Source: Scyliorhinus canicula
Lineage: Eukaryota
NCBI RefSeq assembly: GCF_902713615.1
Contig: NW_024055458.1
Coordinates: forward strand, 606,655 to 670,654
Direction: 5' to 3'
DNA: 64,000 bases
Shown: positions 61,820-64,000 of the stretch, piece after piece
How the letters are laid out: each line of letters begins with the position of its first letter
How positions within the stretch are numbered: the first letter of the stretch is position 1
The notes under the pieces: model-generated
Told to the model about the DNA's origin: nothing
Database searches by the model: none
What the model saw: only the letters and a program-made list of their open reading frames with translations
Made by a program: the position numbers and the translations under genes

Positions 61820-62660
61820 TCCCTCTTTCATTCAGTAGGATTGGCTTCCTTTTCTTTCCATCTTTGCCACCGCTTTGCATCATCAATAAGACATTGGGAC
61901 TGAAAGACGAATCCAGTTTGATGGACAAGTTGTCTCCATTCTGAAGAATGGGGAACAAGCCCCTCCCACTCATTGAAACAACGCCCCGACAAAGATGAGA
62001 AACGCGCATGCGCCCTGATGCACATCCAATAAAGATGGCGGCCGTTAACCCGAGCCGAATATGAGGAGCTGCAGCTCCGCTCGGTACAAACGGGGTCCCG
62101 TAAAGATTTCCGAAGTTTGCGGCTTACAACAACTTTACACAACGTTTCCGCCCACTCCCGCGATCTCTCGCTTCCTCCAGATTGCAAAACGCCTTTTACC
62201 AATTTCGGATCTGAAAACACAGCCTTTCGCCTTCGCCATTATCCACACTGCGCATGCTTCAATCACAGCGGATCCCGCCCCTCATTCACTCCGATTGGTT
62301 GGAAGACCAGCTGCTCCCGGTTGGTCCTCCAGTTCCGCCCCCCCTCTTCCTATTGGTCAGGAGTTGCCGTCAATTACCCGGGCATTGTGACGGTTGCTGA
62401 TGGTGAGAGCGGCCACAGGCTCAGGCTGACTCGCTGATTGATCAATAATAACATTGTTTCACATTTGGCTCTGGGGCTGCACTCGGGATTTGTAAACCCC
62501 GCCCCCCGACACTGACCTCTCACCTGACACTTCACAATGCCCGGGCAATGATTGACGGCAGCTCCGGAACAATAGGAGGAGAAGGAGATTGGTTGGAGGA
62601 ATCAGTTAATGAGGGGCGGGGCTCTCGGGTGCCGGATCTTCACAGAATAAGCAACCGCGC
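61820..62660. promoter_or_regulatory. CpG-rich promoter region with two promoter modules head-to-head
   Basis: 61820-62400 is the reverse complement of ~15750-16320; YY1-like AAGATGGCGGC ~62032; second module in opposite orientation at 62460-62660. Confidence 0.72.
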
Positions 62661-63599
62661 AGGCGCACGTGCCAACATAAACAAAGAAAGAAAGGTTCCT
62701 CTCCTCCAATGAAAGAACAGGGAGATTATGTTTGAACTTTATAAAACATAGAGCACAGCTAGAGTGCCGAGTACAGTTCTGGTCACTACATTAATCAACT
62801 ATAAAGTAAGGATATATGAATCAAGTAATGTAAATGTTAAAATAAATTCATAATTTATCATATAGTTACATTCAATTTTAAGTTAATCAAATCTAGGGGA
62901 TAACGATAACACTAACGAACAAAGGATTGCAACAGTTGGAAATCTCAATTTCTCAGTCAATTAAATTCTGAGGTGTTTAGATAATAATCATTTCAGTTAA
63001 TTCTATAAAACAAGGTGACTTCAGCACAATGGAAGAAGCTGATTGGTGAGTAGCTGATAAACATTTATTTATTTTAATATGAAATTGATTCTGGTTCAGT
63101 CAGTTAATAATCAGATAAACAAAGGCACAGTAGGACATCCTAGTCCCGTGGAATGCACATCCTGTTCCCTGTGGTGAAAGCAGCATCTTTCTCATAGGCT
63201 GGACAATCACACGTGCAGGAAATGTCATCACCTGCAGCAACAGGAAGCAAAGAGGAGTATTTCTCAGGACACGATTCCATGCTTTGTGTGGTATATATCA
63301 ATGATTTAAACTTTGACATAGGAGGCATGTTTCAGACAGTGACAGTCTTGCGATTGTGAGGAAGAAAGCTGTAACCTTCAGAAAATTTCAGCCGAGTGAT
63401 CAGCTGGTAAGATAGTAACAAACGGATATTAATCTGCAACATTGTGAAGTAATAAATACATTTGGGGCGGACAAACAAGGCAAAGAGAAATAGTATTACT
63501 GGTATGAGTGCGAAGTGTAGAGGCACAGAGGGAGATTGAAGTGCAGGCTCACATATCCCTGAAAGTAGGAGAGGTAGATGAGGTGGTTGAAAAGGCACA

Positions 63600-63880
63600 C
63601 TGGGCAGCACGGTAGCATAGAGGTCAGCACAATTGCTGCACAGCTCCAGGGTCCCAGGTTCCATTCTGGCTTGGGTCATTGTCTGTGCAGAGTCTGCACC
63701 TTCTCCCCGTGTGTGCGTGGGTTTCCTCCCACAGTCCAAAGATGTGCTAAATTGCCCTTAGTGATCAAAAAGGGTAGGAGGGGTTATTGGGTTATTGGGA
63801 TAGGGTGGAAATGAGGGCTTAAGTGGGTCGGTGCAGACTCGTGGGGCTGAATGGCCTCCTTCTGCACTGTATGTTCTGTG
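63600..63880 (+). mobile_element. HE1-like SINE, tail A
   Basis: Head gggcagcacggtagc, V-core, gaatggcctccttctgcactgt. Confidence 0.85.
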
Positions 63881-64000
63881 TTCACGACACCGATATTAAG
63901 TGAGACACAGCATATAAGAGCAGCGAACATGTCCAGCACGCCGTATGGACGGCCCCAGGACATCACCCAGGACCCTCCCCCGATGCTCCGCCCCCAATTG

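Overview
Eukaryotic genomic DNA from a cartilaginous fish. A shark is inferred from the IgM constant-region sequence and the HE1-type SINEs; a catshark is only a guess. Bases 1-14.7 kb hold the 3' half of one IgM heavy-chain cluster on the + strand: the end of the J-C intron, CH1, CH2, CH3, CH4 with secretory tail, TM1 and TM2. All have canonical AG/GT phase-compatible junctions and an open frame. The J-C intron carries a G-rich, AGCT-dense ~39-bp tandem repeat resembling a tetrapod switch region. A near-intact CR1 LINE sits in the CH3-CH4 intron. From ~15 kb onward is a segmentally duplicated array of C2H2 zinc-finger genes: one intact, three damaged, plus relics. Also present are CpG-rich promoters, a 4.2-kb 27-bp minisatellite whose single-copy seed survives in a paralogous block, a complete MRPS14 retrocopy with poly(A) and 17-bp TSD, Penelope/L1/L2/CR1 fragments and dozens of SINEs. 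All coordinates and counts were read by eye; repeat boundaries are approximate.
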